From: Verrucomicrobiales bacterium
GTDB lineage: Bacteria; Verrucomicrobiota; Verrucomicrobiia; Limisphaerales; SXTU01
NCBI GenBank assembly: GCA_005791875.1
Contig: SXTU01000167.1
Coordinates: forward strand, 1 to 57,321
Length of the DNA stretch: 57,321 bases
Reading direction: 5' to 3'
This document shows positions 1 to 10,439 of this stretch, one piece after another. A model generated the notes under the pieces. It worked only from the letters and a program-made list of their open reading frames with translations, ran no database searches and had not been told where the DNA came from. Within the stretch, counting starts at the first letter, position 1; the number at the start of each line of letters is the position of its first letter. The translations under genes were made by a program, and so were the position numbers.

Positions 1-743
1 ATGAGCGGGTGGCCCGTCACGTAGCCGATCGCGTAGCGCGCGATGAGTCCCCAGCGCACGCGCGGGAAGATGCAGATGTCGAGCAACCCATCGTCGAGCT
101 TGGCGTCGGGGAAGACCGGCAGGCTGCCGCCATAGAAGCGCCCGTTGCCCACGAGCACCAGTTCGCCTGTCGCGCTTTGCCCGTCGGCTTCAACGGTGAT
201 CAGCGGATGCGGCCCACGCATCGCCTTCATCCCCGCGAGCACGTAGGCGAATTGCGCGATGCGCTTCTTCATCTGCCAGTCCACGAGGCTGATGGCTTGT
301 GCGTCGAGTCCCGCGCCGGCCATCTGCGCAAAGTAACGGCGCTGCGTTCCTGCTGCGCCGATCTGCTCCGCAAACGGCGCGTCAATCCTCTGCTCACTGC
401 CACGAAGAATCGTCTGCCATGCCGCGCGCAGCCGCAGCGGCAGCCCCAACTCACGCGCAAAGACATTGACCGTCCCGAGCGGTAGCACGGCGAGGCGCGC
501 GCGGGCGAAGCCGTCCGGCGCATCAGCGATACCGTTGAGCACCTCATTCACCGTGCCGTCACCGCCGGCAGCCACGAGCGTGTCAAAACCCTCGCGGACC
601 GCTTCCGCCGCGAGCCGGCGTCCGTCGCCGGGGGCCATTGTGGGTTTGAGCACGACGTCGCCGCCGAACTCGTCGAGATGCCGACGGAAGCTACGGGCTT
701 TGCCGCCGCGTGCAGTGGGGTTGAAGATGACGCAAGCACGCAT
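1..743 (-). CDS. Diacylglycerol/lipid kinase family protein (YegS/DgkB-like), 3' end runs off the window
   Basis: Manual translation from ATG 743 gives MRACVIFNPTARGGKA...LVAAGGDGTVNEVLNG, the NP and GGDG motifs of DAGK enzymes. It is absent from the ORF track because there is no stop in the window. Confidence 0.9.
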   Translation of the reverse strand, partial: MRACVIFNPTARGGKARSFRRHLDEFGGDVVLKPTMAPGDGRRLAAEAVREGFDTLVAAGGDGTVNEVLNGIADAPDGFARARLAVLPLGTVNVFARELGLPLRLRAAWQTILRGSEQRIDAPFAEQIGAAGTQRRYFAQMAGAGLDAQAISLVDWQMKKRIAQFAYVLAGMKAMRGPHPLITVEADGQSATGELVLVGNGRFYGGSLPVFPDAKLDDGLLDICIFPRVRWGLIARYAIGYVTGHPL

Positions 744-861
744 GACTCATCCGGAGCGCCCGCTTCCAAGCCGGCTTTGCGCAGTCGAACGAGCATGACA
801 GCGGTTTGGCCAGCCAACTGAAGGCATGTGAAATCGTGGTGTCAAAGCCACAAAAAGAAAG

Positions 862-1101
862 TCATGCCATTTCCCGATGGCAGTCGGTGGAATGTGAACT
901 GAACGCCATGGCGCGCGCCTTCTCCCTTCCTCGGAGGAGGGGAGAAGGTGGCCGGAGGCCGGATGAGGGGTGGGGCCGCCAACGCCGACGCGCGTAACCC
1001 CTCACCCCAACCCGCTCCCCTCCTCCGAGGAAGGGAGAGGGAGCCAGCGTGCGTCGTGGACGGCCAGCTATTCGACGGAATGTCATTCTGAATTGGTATC
1101 A
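862..1101. mobile_element. 240-bp MITE-like palindromic element, copy 1
   Basis: Imperfect terminal inverted repeats of about 30 bp (tcatgccatttcccgatggcagtcggtggaat / attcgacggaatgtcattctgaattggtatca) around a hairpin core at 918-1042. Related copies lie at 34488-34727 and about 54141-54344. Confidence 0.75.
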
Positions 1102-1148
1102 GTCCCGGTCAGGCCGCATCGTAAGCCGGCTGCAAGCCGGCGCTCCGG

Positions 1149-2498
1149 TCACGACTTCAGGCCGGTGCGGCTGCGCTTGCCGCGCTTCGCCTTCTTTGCA
1201 GTTCCGTTGCGTTGAACTGCTTGCTCCGCTCGCGCCTGCTGCCGCGAGCAGAACTGTTCAAACGCTCCGCCGAAAAGGTCTTGCACATCGCGCTGGATTT
1301 CCGCATGGGTCGGCTCCCAACCGGTGGCGGCGAGGTCCGTGTATTTCTCCGCCAGCACGCGGGCGATGATGTGGCGCGAGTGGTCCCACTTGTAAACGAT
1401 CTGGTCCAGCACGCGCGCGTCCGAGTGCTGCGGCGTGACGGACAGGCCGATGAGCTCAAGGCGCATCCGGGTCATCTCCTCGATGAGATACGGGATGTTC
1501 GTGAACCACCAGCAGCCGAAGAGGTGCAGGTTGCGGAATTTCCGCGCGGCGACGCAGAGCGAATACTGGTTCTCGCGGGCGAGCGCGGTGATGAGGAACT
1601 GGTTGTCCGGGTGCGCGGCGATGAGGCTCTCGTAGGTGCCGGTGTCGCACTGGCCCACGCCGTCGCCGGCGAGCTTGAGCTGCGGATTTACGGCGCGTTT
1701 CACACCGGGCATCATTGCGAATGGCAGACCGAACTCGCGGCAGTGCGGCAGCACGGCGGTCTCCATGAGGCGTGCGCAGGCGTTGTCGCCGGGATAGGTG
1801 AAGTCCGGCGGTAGCGACACCATGAGGTATTGCGCGTTGATGCGGCGCGTCCAGTCCGCGAGGAAACGGCGGACCTCGCTGGCGGTCTTCTCGGAAAGCT
1901 CGGGTGTCACTTCGTAGCCCCAGTCGCGCAGGCGCGGGGCGGCGGTGTCGTGCCAGGACAGCAGCAGCGGATCAATGCGCAGCGCGGCGGTAAAGCGCTC
2001 GTCCCGCCGAAACCCGCGCTCCCAGACCACGCGCTCTACGTCGTCGAATGGCGAGTTCGTCATGCAGATCCGGCTCACGCCCGCCACGTCCATGCAGTGC
2101 GTGGTGTAGTCGGCGACGTTCCACTTCGCGAACCACTTGCGCAGCGAGGGCAGGTCGCGCTTCTTCACGTCGAGGCCGAGGCGGTTCAACGTGGTGAGCA
2201 CACCTCGGCAGGCCTCGGAGATGGGCGAGTGCTCGATGAAGAGCGCGTTCCAGATCGCATCCGCCTGCTCGCGCTTGGACATGGCCCAGAACTTCTCGTA
2301 GGTCAGGTCGAACTGCCGAAACCCCTCGGCGACGAGGTAGTGATAGACGAGAAGGTCGTCTATGCCCCACAGCAGCAACTCGCCGAACGCGGGGTCGTAG
2401 AGATGCGTGTGGATGTCATAGACCGGCGTGGTGAGGACAGCCTTCTCGACTTGGGCGGCGAGCGCGGCGCGGCGTTTGGCGGTGACGGGTTGAGTCAT
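1149..2498 (-). CDS. uxaC: Glucuronate (uronate) isomerase, Bh0493-like
   Basis: DIHTH metal motif, GCWWF and QHSDAR motifs, 449 aa. Confidence 0.85.
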   Translation of the reverse strand: MTQPVTAKRRAALAAQVEKAVLTTPVYDIHTHLYDPAFGELLLWGIDDLLVYHYLVAEGFRQFDLTYEKFWAMSKREQADAIWNALFIEHSPISEACRGVLTTLNRLGLDVKKRDLPSLRKWFAKWNVADYTTHCMDVAGVSRICMTNSPFDDVERVVWERGFRRDERFTAALRIDPLLLSWHDTAAPRLRDWGYEVTPELSEKTASEVRRFLADWTRRINAQYLMVSLPPDFTYPGDNACARLMETAVLPHCREFGLPFAMMPGVKRAVNPQLKLAGDGVGQCDTGTYESLIAAHPDNQFLITALARENQYSLCVAARKFRNLHLFGCWWFTNIPYLIEEMTRMRLELIGLSVTPQHSDARVLDQIVYKWDHSRHIIARVLAEKYTDLAATGWEPTHAEIQRDVQDLFGGAFEQFCSRQQARAEQAVQRNGTAKKAKRGKRSRTGLKS

Positions 2499-2551
2499 CG
2501 GGATGGGAGATTAAGCGGGATTTTCAACTCCCGGCCATGAAAAGTTGCGAG

Positions 2552-2620
2552 CTGCAGCGGCGGTCTGCGACCGCCGTCCGGCATGCGCTCCAGAACGGCG
2601 CTCACAGAGCGCCGCTACAG
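2552..2620. repeat. GTAG-type REP doublet (REPIN-like), family B
   Basis: ctgcagcggcggtctgcgaccgccg ... cggcgctcacagagcgccgctacag; related to 12680-12742. Confidence 0.7.
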
Positions 2621-2621
2621 G

Positions 2622-3554
2622 TCACTTCCCAGCCCGGTTCGCCAGGAACCACTCGTAGGTGCTGTGGATGCCGTCGGCAAGCGGGATGCGCGCCTGCCAG
2701 CCGAGGGCGTTGATGCGGGAGACATCGAGCAACTTGCGCGGCGTGCCGTCGGGCATCGTGCGGTCCCAGACGATTTCGCCCGCGTAACCGACAATGCCTC
2801 GAATCAACTCGGCCAGCTCGCGGATGGTCACGTCCCCGCCCACGCCCACGTTGATGAGCTGGTCGGACTCGTAGCGGTCCATGAGCGCGGCGCACGCCTC
2901 GGCGAAGTCATCGGCGTGGAGGAATTCGCGGCGCGGTGTGCCAGTGCCCCAGAGCGCGACGGCAGGAGCGTTCGCCACTTTCGCCTCGTGGAACTTGCGC
3001 AGGAGCGCGGGCAGGACATGGCATTTGTCCAGGTCGAAGGTGTCGTTCGGCCCGTAGAGATTCGTGGGCATCGCGCTGATGAAGTTGCGACCGTATTGGC
3101 GGCGATAGTAGGCGCAGAGCTTCAGGCCGGCGATCTTGGCGAGCGCGTAACCCTCGTTCGTCGTCTCCAGCGCGCTGGTGAGCAAGGCGTCTTCGCGCAT
3201 CGGCTGCGGCGCGTGCTTCGGATACACGCACGAGCTGCCGAGGAAGAGGAGCTTCGTCACGTCGAACTCGGCGGCGGCCTCGATGACGTTGTTCTGGATG
3301 CGCAGGTTGTCGAGGAGGAACTCGACCTGGAAGGTGGCGTTGGCCTTGATGCCGCCGACCCGTGCCGCCGCGAGGATGACGTGCGTGGGCCGCTCCTGAC
3401 GGAAGAACGTGCGCACGGCGACGGTGTCCTTCAGCTCGAGCTCTGCGTGCGTGCGGGTGATGACGCGCCAGCCCGGCAACCGCGAGTAGAGCCGCAAGAG
3501 CGCGCTGCCCGCGAGGCCGCGATGCCCGGCGATGTAAATAGTTTGGTCAGCCAT
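2622..3554 (-). CDS. fcl: GDP-L-fucose synthase
   Basis: AGHRGLAGSA Rossmann motif, AAARVGGI, LGSSCVYP, YALAK and DGTPRK. Confidence 0.95.
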   Translation of the reverse strand: MADQTIYIAGHRGLAGSALLRLYSRLPGWRVITRTHAELELKDTVAVRTFFRQERPTHVILAAARVGGIKANATFQVEFLLDNLRIQNNVIEAAAEFDVTKLLFLGSSCVYPKHAPQPMREDALLTSALETTNEGYALAKIAGLKLCAYYRRQYGRNFISAMPTNLYGPNDTFDLDKCHVLPALLRKFHEAKVANAPAVALWGTGTPRREFLHADDFAEACAALMDRYESDQLINVGVGGDVTIRELAELIRGIVGYAGEIVWDRTMPDGTPRKLLDVSRINALGWQARIPLADGIHSTYEWFLANRAGK

Positions 3555-3710
3555 TACGCGCGCCAGCCCGGCGGCAACCGTCAGGAAGCGCGAGTTCTTC
3601 TAAGTCCCGTGCCGGGGCAAGTAAAGCGCATTGACAGTAAAGCGCATTGAAACACGCCGGGCGCGGGAAATTGCCTTGCGCATTTCCGGCCCGGCTCTGA
3701 ATTTCACCGC

Positions 3711-4217
3711 GTGCGAACGGTAGTTTATCCCGGCAGTTTCGATCCACTCACCAACGGCCATCTCGATGTCATCGAGCGGGCGGCGCGGCTGTTTGACCGT
3801 GTCATTGTGGCGGTGGCGCAGAACACGGAGAAGCACCCGCTCTTCACGCCGGAGGAGCGGTGCGCGCTCGTGGTCGGGGCTACGCGGCGGCTGCGCAACG
3901 TCGAGACGCGCGCCTTCGACGGGCTGCTGGTGGACTACGTGCGCGGGTGCGGCGCGCAGGCGGTCATCCGCGGGCTGCGGGCGGTGTCGGACTTTGAGTT
4001 CGAGTTCCAGATGGCGCTGATGAACCGCAAGCTCGACGAGCGCGTGGAGACCATTTTCATGATGCCCAAGGACACCTACACGTTCCTCAGCTCGCGGCTG
4101 GTGAAGGAAATCGCCCGGCTGGGCGGCGACGTGCGGGACTTCGTGCCGGGGAATGTGGGCAAGGCCCTCGCGGGCAAGAATGGCGTGCGGCAGACAGCCT
4201 TGCCGAAACGAAAGTGA
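3711..4217 (+). CDS. coaD: Phosphopantetheine adenylyltransferase
   Basis: YPGSFDPLTNGHLD, IRGLRAVSDFEFE, SSRLVKE. Confidence 0.97.
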   Translation: MRTVVYPGSFDPLTNGHLDVIERAARLFDRVIVAVAQNTEKHPLFTPEERCALVVGATRRLRNVETRAFDGLLVDYVRGCGAQAVIRGLRAVSDFEFEFQMALMNRKLDERVETIFMMPKDTYTFLSSRLVKEIARLGGDVRDFVPGNVGKALAGKNGVRQTALPKRK

Positions 4218-4221
4218 CACC

Positions 4222-4710
4222 ATGCCTCTTCTGGTAAACCTCCAACACCTGCAAACCGAACCGCTGGAAATTTCCGGCGAACTGCCCGTCGCCGAGCTGG
4301 ACTTGGGCGGGGACGACAGCGTCGTCCACCTGACCCACCCGCTCTCGTATGACCTGACGGCGACCGACCTGGACGACGCGGTGCTGGTGCAGGGCGAGCT
4401 GCGGCTGCCGGTGGATTGCGAGTGCGTGCGGTGCCTGAAGAAGTTCACGCTGGAGGTGGAGGTGCCTGATTTCGCCGTGCATCTGCCCCTGGCAGGCGAG
4501 GACGCGGTGGGTCTCGTGGAGGATTGCGTGGACTTGACACCATTTTTGCGCGAAGACATTCTGCTCACGCTTCCGCAGCATCCGCTGTGCAAGCCTGACT
4601 GTCGCGGTCTGTCGCAGTTCGCGGCCGGCGGCGCGTCGGGCCAAACCTCCCAGACGAACGCAGGCGCGTCGGCGTGGGCCGCGTTGAACAAACTGAAACT
4701 GAAAGACTAA
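4222..4710 (+). CDS. yceD: YceD/DUF177 protein
   Basis: CVRCL and LCKPDCRGL motifs; lies directly upstream of rpmF; ATG 4222 preferred. Confidence 0.9.
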   Translation: MPLLVNLQHLQTEPLEISGELPVAELDLGGDDSVVHLTHPLSYDLTATDLDDAVLVQGELRLPVDCECVRCLKKFTLEVEVPDFAVHLPLAGEDAVGLVEDCVDLTPFLREDILLTLPQHPLCKPDCRGLSQFAAGGASGQTSQTNAGASAWAALNKLKLKD

Positions 4711-4714
4711 GACT

Positions 4715-4903
4715 ATGGGCGTCCCAAAGCGTAAACCTTCGAAGAGCCGGCAGCGCATGCGGCGCGCCTACAACAGCGTGATGAAGCTGCCGCAGTTGGG
4801 CGTGTGCCCGCAGTGCGCCGCGCCCGCCCAGCCCCACCGGGTCTGTCCGGCCTGCGGCTTCTACAAGGGCCGGCAGATCCTGACCATCACGGCGGGGATG
4901 TAA
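4715..4903 (+). CDS. rpmF: 50S ribosomal protein L32 (zinc-binding C+ form)
   Basis: MGVPKRKPSKSR, CPQC...HRVCPACGFYKG. Confidence 0.97.
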   Translation: MGVPKRKPSKSRQRMRRAYNSVMKLPQLGVCPQCAAPAQPHRVCPACGFYKGRQILTITAGM

Positions 4904-4912
4904 TTTCCGGCG

Positions 4913-4949
4913 AAGGGCGCGGCGGACCTCCGACGCGCCCTTTGCTTTT
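4913..4949 (+). terminator. Intrinsic terminator after rpmF
   Basis: aagggcgcg...cgcgccctt stem followed by tgctttt. Confidence 0.6.
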
Positions 4950-4991
4950 CTCAGACTGGCGTTCCGGTTTCCGGGCGGCCTACTCTCCGAT

Positions 4992-6038
4992 ATGCGCATC
5001 GCAGTGGATGTCATGGGCGGCGACCACGGGTGTGGCGTCATCATTGACGGCGCGAAGCTGGCGCTGGCCGAGAACCGCAAGCTGACCGAGCTGCACCTCG
5101 TCGGCAACCAAGAGGAAATCACCGCCCACCTCCGCAAAGTCCAGCTCGACACCGACCCGCGCGTCCACGTCCTCCACGCCACGCAAGTCCTCACGATGGA
5201 GGACAAGCCCGTGGACGCGGTGCGCAAGAAGAAGGATTGCTCCGTCGTCCGTGCCATCGAGCTGGTCCGCGACGGCAAGGCGGACGCGGTCGTTTCCCCC
5301 GGCAACACCGGCGGCATCCTCGCGGCGGGAATGTTCCGGCTGCGCACCTTGCCCGGCATCAGCCGCGCGGCCATCGCGACGGTCATGCCCGAGCCGGAGA
5401 ACGAGTTCGTCCTGCTCGACGCAGGCGCGAACACGGAGTGCAAGCCCTGGCACCTCGCGGAGTTCGCCATCATGGGCAGCATCTACTCGCGCGAAATCCT
5501 GCGGAAGCCCAGCCCGCGCGTGGGCGTGCTCTCCAACGGCACGGAGGAGACGAAGGGCAACGGACTCACGCAGGCCGCCGTCCTGCTCTGCCGGAAGCTC
5601 GACCTGAACTTCCTCGGCTACGTCGAGGGCCATGATCTCTTCGCCAACCGCGTGGACGTTGTTGTCTGCGACGGCTTCGTGGGGAACATCGTCCTCAAGA
5701 CCTGCGAGAGCCTCGCGCGCGGGATGTTCGCCATGCTCAAGTGCGAGCTGACCGCCAACCCGAAGCGCAAGCTCGGCGCGTTGCTGGCCAAGAACGCCTT
5801 CCGCAGCATCAAGCGCCGCACCGACTCGGAGAACTATGGCGGCGCGCCGCTGCTGGGCTTGAACGGCGTCGTCTTCAAGGCCCACGCCTCCGCGAAGGAG
5901 CGCTCCATCCTCAACGCCATCCGTTACGCGACCGAGACGCTGGAGTTCAACGTGAACCAGGCCATCGCTCGCGAGGCGGCCAAGGCCGAGCCGTTGCTGG
6001 AGGAGGCGCGGAAGGCGGGCGGCACTGAGCAGGCCTAG
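4992..6038 (+). CDS. plsX: Phosphate acyltransferase PlsX
   Basis: IAVDVMGGDH, SPGNTG, LDAGAN, DGFVGN, GGAPLLG. Confidence 0.97.
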   Translation: MRIAVDVMGGDHGCGVIIDGAKLALAENRKLTELHLVGNQEEITAHLRKVQLDTDPRVHVLHATQVLTMEDKPVDAVRKKKDCSVVRAIELVRDGKADAVVSPGNTGGILAAGMFRLRTLPGISRAAIATVMPEPENEFVLLDAGANTECKPWHLAEFAIMGSIYSREILRKPSPRVGVLSNGTEETKGNGLTQAAVLLCRKLDLNFLGYVEGHDLFANRVDVVVCDGFVGNIVLKTCESLARGMFAMLKCELTANPKRKLGALLAKNAFRSIKRRTDSENYGGAPLLGLNGVVFKAHASAKERSILNAIRYATETLEFNVNQAIAREAAKAEPLLEEARKAGGTEQA

Positions 6039-6117
6039 CCTGAGGAGTCTCAGTCACTCGTTCCGGAAATGATCCGCCTTCGGCCGCCGGAGAGTAAATC
6101 GATCCTCGCGCGCACCA

Positions 6118-6777
6118 CTACCGCCGCAGGAATTTCGGCAGCCACTCGAAGAAGCCATCGGGGTAGCGCTCACGATTGAGCACCTGATAGAGGCGCACGG
6201 CGGAGTCGAAGGGCAGCGCCACGACCGCCAGGTAGTCCAGCCAGATGAGCGGGCCGATCAGCCGCTGGCCGAGGCCGGAGCCGAAGAAAAAGAGGCTGAT
6301 CAGCTCCATCACGAAGAACAGGTAGGCGAACAGGCAGGTGATGAGCGAGATGCGCAGCGGGTTGATGCCGTGCGGCTCGAGCACGTTCTCCTTGAACGAC
6401 GCGGGGAAGAATCCCAGCAGCGGATAGAAGAGACGCCAGTTGGTTTTGTGGCCGCCGGAGGGCTTGATCTTCTTGAATGCCCCGTCCCGCAGCGCCACGT
6501 AATCCTCGTCATACACGATCACGAACTTGGGCCGGATTCCACCGAAGTTCGGCCACGGCGACAGCTCATAACGGATCGGGCGCTCCTCGTCGCCGAGCAG
6601 CTTGCGCGAGAGGTAGTAGCGGTTCTCCTCGAACTCGATGGCCGGGCGCGACGACTCGCGGCTCTTCCACTCCGGCATCTCCTTGGCCGCGCACACGACG
6701 ATCTTCTCGCCGAAATACAGCACGATGTCCGGGCCGACTTCGACTCCGGAGGGCGGGCGGTTGTGGCTTTCTGACAT
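6118..6777 (-). CDS. Hypothetical membrane protein
   Basis: Coding-like GC3 bias and 2-3 C-terminal hydrophobic segments; ATG 6777 preferred. Confidence 0.7.
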   Translation of the reverse strand: MSESHNRPPSGVEVGPDIVLYFGEKIVVCAAKEMPEWKSRESSRPAIEFEENRYYLSRKLLGDEERPIRYELSPWPNFGGIRPKFVIVYDEDYVALRDGAFKKIKPSGGHKTNWRLFYPLLGFFPASFKENVLEPHGINPLRISLITCLFAYLFFVMELISLFFFGSGLGQRLIGPLIWLDYLAVVALPFDSAVRLYQVLNRERYPDGFFEWLPKFLRR

Positions 6778-6948
6778 GAGGCGAGGCGGCGCGGATTCCG
6801 TGCGGGTCGACAGTGGCCACATTCTTCGGTGGGCAGGGCGGTTCCGTCAAGCCGGGCGGACAACCATCAGCCAACAGCGAACAGCGTTCAGCAGTGAGCA
6901 GATGTCCCCGGGTTTCCTGCCGGGCGCGGAACTGCTATCTGTCTCCGC

Positions 6949-7953
6949 ATGACCGAAGCAGAAACGACTTGGGACACGCTCGACTGGCCGGCGCTGGAAC
7001 GGCTGCGCGCGGGTTTCCTCTCCGGCACGGGCGAGGCGGGCGCGTATTGGCAGTCGCGCGCGGACCTCGCGAACTACGACCTCACATTCGCCCAGCGCAT
7101 CGCGTGGAAATGGGACGCCGTGCTGGGCGAGATGAAGCTGCGCGGGTGGACACCGCCGCCGGGCGAGGTGCTGGACTGGGGCTGCGGCAGCGGCGTCGCA
7201 GGCCGTTGTGTGCTGCGGGAGTTTGACGTGAAGAACGTCACTGCGCTCCGGCTCTTTGATCGTTCCGCGCTGGCGATGGAGTTCGCCGCCGCGCGGGCGA
7301 AGGCGGTCTTTCCGCAACTCGCAGTGGACTCCGGCGTGCCGGAGACCGGGCGCATCGGCCTGCTGGTGTTAAGCCATGTGCTCAACGAACTGCCTGACGT
7401 GCAGCGCGATTCTCTTGTGCAGCTCGCCCGTCGCGCAGAGGCCGTGCTGTGGGTGGAGCCGGGGACACACGCGGACAGCCGCGCGCTGATCGCGATGCGC
7501 GAGCGGCTCCGCGATGACTTCGACCTGATCGCGCCCTGCACGCATCAGGCCGCGTGCGGGCTGCTCACCGCCGGCAACGAGCGGCACTGGTGCCACAACT
7601 TCGCCACGCCTCCCGCCGGCGTCTTGGCGGACGGAGACTGGGTGCGGTTCGGCCAGCGGATGGGAATTGATATGCGGAGCCTGCCCTACAGTTTTCTCGC
7701 GCTGGAGCGGAAGGGACTGCGGACTGCCGTGGAGAAATTCGCTGGCTGGTCACGCGTGGTCGGAGCGCCCCGCGTCTATAAGGGCTTTGCAAAGCTCTTC
7801 AGTTGCCAGGCCGACGGCGTGCGCGACCTGACGCTCCAGAAGCGCGACGCGCCGGCTGTCTTCAAGCGGCTGCGGCACGAGGAGCCGGTGCTGGTGGTGA
7901 AGTGCGCCGTGGCCGGCGAGCGCGTGGAGGCGGTGGAAGCGACGCTGCCGTGA
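6949..7953 (+). CDS. Rsm22-family SAM-dependent methyltransferase
   Basis: LDWGCGSG SAM motif, VEPGT, APCTHQAACGL...WCH Cys cluster. Confidence 0.8.
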   Translation: MTEAETTWDTLDWPALERLRAGFLSGTGEAGAYWQSRADLANYDLTFAQRIAWKWDAVLGEMKLRGWTPPPGEVLDWGCGSGVAGRCVLREFDVKNVTALRLFDRSALAMEFAAARAKAVFPQLAVDSGVPETGRIGLLVLSHVLNELPDVQRDSLVQLARRAEAVLWVEPGTHADSRALIAMRERLRDDFDLIAPCTHQAACGLLTAGNERHWCHNFATPPAGVLADGDWVRFGQRMGIDMRSLPYSFLALERKGLRTAVEKFAGWSRVVGAPRVYKGFAKLFSCQADGVRDLTLQKRDAPAVFKRLRHEEPVLVVKCAVAGERVEAVEATLP

Positions 7954-7981
7954 ACGCCGAGCCGGGGACCGGCGCTTTTAA

Positions 7982-9343
<1,362 letters not shown>

Positions 9344-9415
9344 ACGGGCGGGACGGTAGCGGAAAGCTCTGAATGCGGCAGGGAAAACTGTGGGCGGGCG
9401 ACTCGGAGGAGTTGT

Positions 9416-9536
9416 CTCACGCAAAGGCCGCGAAGGACGCAAAGAGGAGCCAAGCGGTGTGGAGTGTTGGCAAACGCCGCCAGACTTGCGCCGGAAAGAA
9501 TTTCCTCCTTTACGGCCTTCGCGCCCTTTGCGTGAG
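9416..9536. repeat. Inverted repeat built from 9-mer (cgcaaagga-like) units
   Basis: ctcacgcaaaggccgcgaaggacgcaaag ... ctttacggccttcgcgccctttgcgtgag; second copy at 29934-30073. Confidence 0.8.
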
Positions 9537-9538
9537 GC

Positions 9539-10246
9539 TCAGGCTTCGGTTTCGCCCTCGGCCATCCGTGGCCGTTCGCCGAAGAGCGCGGTGCCGAGAC
9601 GGACAAGGGTCGCGCCTTCCTCGATGGCGATCTCGAAGTCGCCGCTCATCCCCATGCTGAGTTGCGGGAGCGGCGCGCCGAGGAGTTCTTCGCACTCGCC
9701 CTTCAGCTCGCGCAGCCGGCGGAAGACCGGGCGCGCCCGCTCCGGCGTCGGGCTGTAGGGGGCGATGGTCATGAGGCCGTGGATTTCAAGGCGCGGCAGT
9801 TTGTTGAGTTCAAGCAACTCGTCGAGCATCGCGGCCGGCGCGTAGCCGAACTTGCTGGCTTCGCCGGCCACGTTGACCTCGAGGAGGACGGGCATCGTCT
9901 TCGCCGCCTTATCGCACTGCCTGTTCAACTCCTGCGCGAGCGCGAGGCTGTCCACGCTCTGGATCATGCTGAAGAGCGCGACGGCATCGCGGCACTTGTT
10001 CGACTGGAGGTGGCCGATCATCTGCCAGCGGGCGCGGCTTGGGCAGGGTGGGATTTTCAACTTCGCTTCCTGGACGCGGCTCTCGCCGAAGCAGGTCAAA
10101 CCCGCGTTCAGAGCGGTGCGGACAGCCTCAGGCGACTGGTTCTTGCTTGCGGCCATGAGCGTGACGGACGCGGGGTCGCGGCCCGCGCGGGCGCAGGCGG
10201 TGGCGATGCGTTCGCGGAGGGCAAAGAGGTTGGAGGCGATGTCCAC
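9539..10246 (-). CDS. yggS: YggS/PLPBP pyridoxal phosphate homeostasis protein
   Basis: AASK, FGESRVQEA, IGHLQSNK, LSMGMSGDF, VRLGTALFG; GTG 10246 preferred. Confidence 0.95.
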   Translation of the reverse strand: MDIASNLFALRERIATACARAGRDPASVTLMAASKNQSPEAVRTALNAGLTCFGESRVQEAKLKIPPCPSRARWQMIGHLQSNKCRDAVALFSMIQSVDSLALAQELNRQCDKAAKTMPVLLEVNVAGEASKFGYAPAAMLDELLELNKLPRLEIHGLMTIAPYSPTPERARPVFRRLRELKGECEELLGAPLPQLSMGMSGDFEIAIEEGATLVRLGTALFGERPRMAEGETEA

Positions 10247-10300
10247 AGACGAAACGTGGCGGCGCAAGCGCGGTGGAGAAAGTGGCCAGTCTTGAAAATC

Positions 10301-10430
10301 CTTCTCTCTTCGCCGAGCGAGGGGAGAAGGTGGTCGCAGGTCGGATGAAGGGTGCAGCCACCAACGCCGAGCAAGACAACAACCCCTCACCCCGGCCCTC
10401 TCCCCTTGCTCCGCAAAGGGAGAGGGAGAA
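10301..10430. repeat. Core-only copy of the 240-bp element hairpin family
   Basis: ggggagaaggtggtcgcaggtcggatgaaggg ... cccctcaccccggccctctcccc...gggagaggga. Confidence 0.75.
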
Positions 10431-10439
10431 AACTCGATG

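Noticed and set aside
6036-6121. Possible degenerate family A REP between plsX and the convergent gene
   Set aside because: Only tgaggagtctc and a terminal ctac match, which is too weak.
6866-6901. Degenerate cagc-periodic heptamer remnant
   Set aside because: Short and imperfect, with no partner arm.
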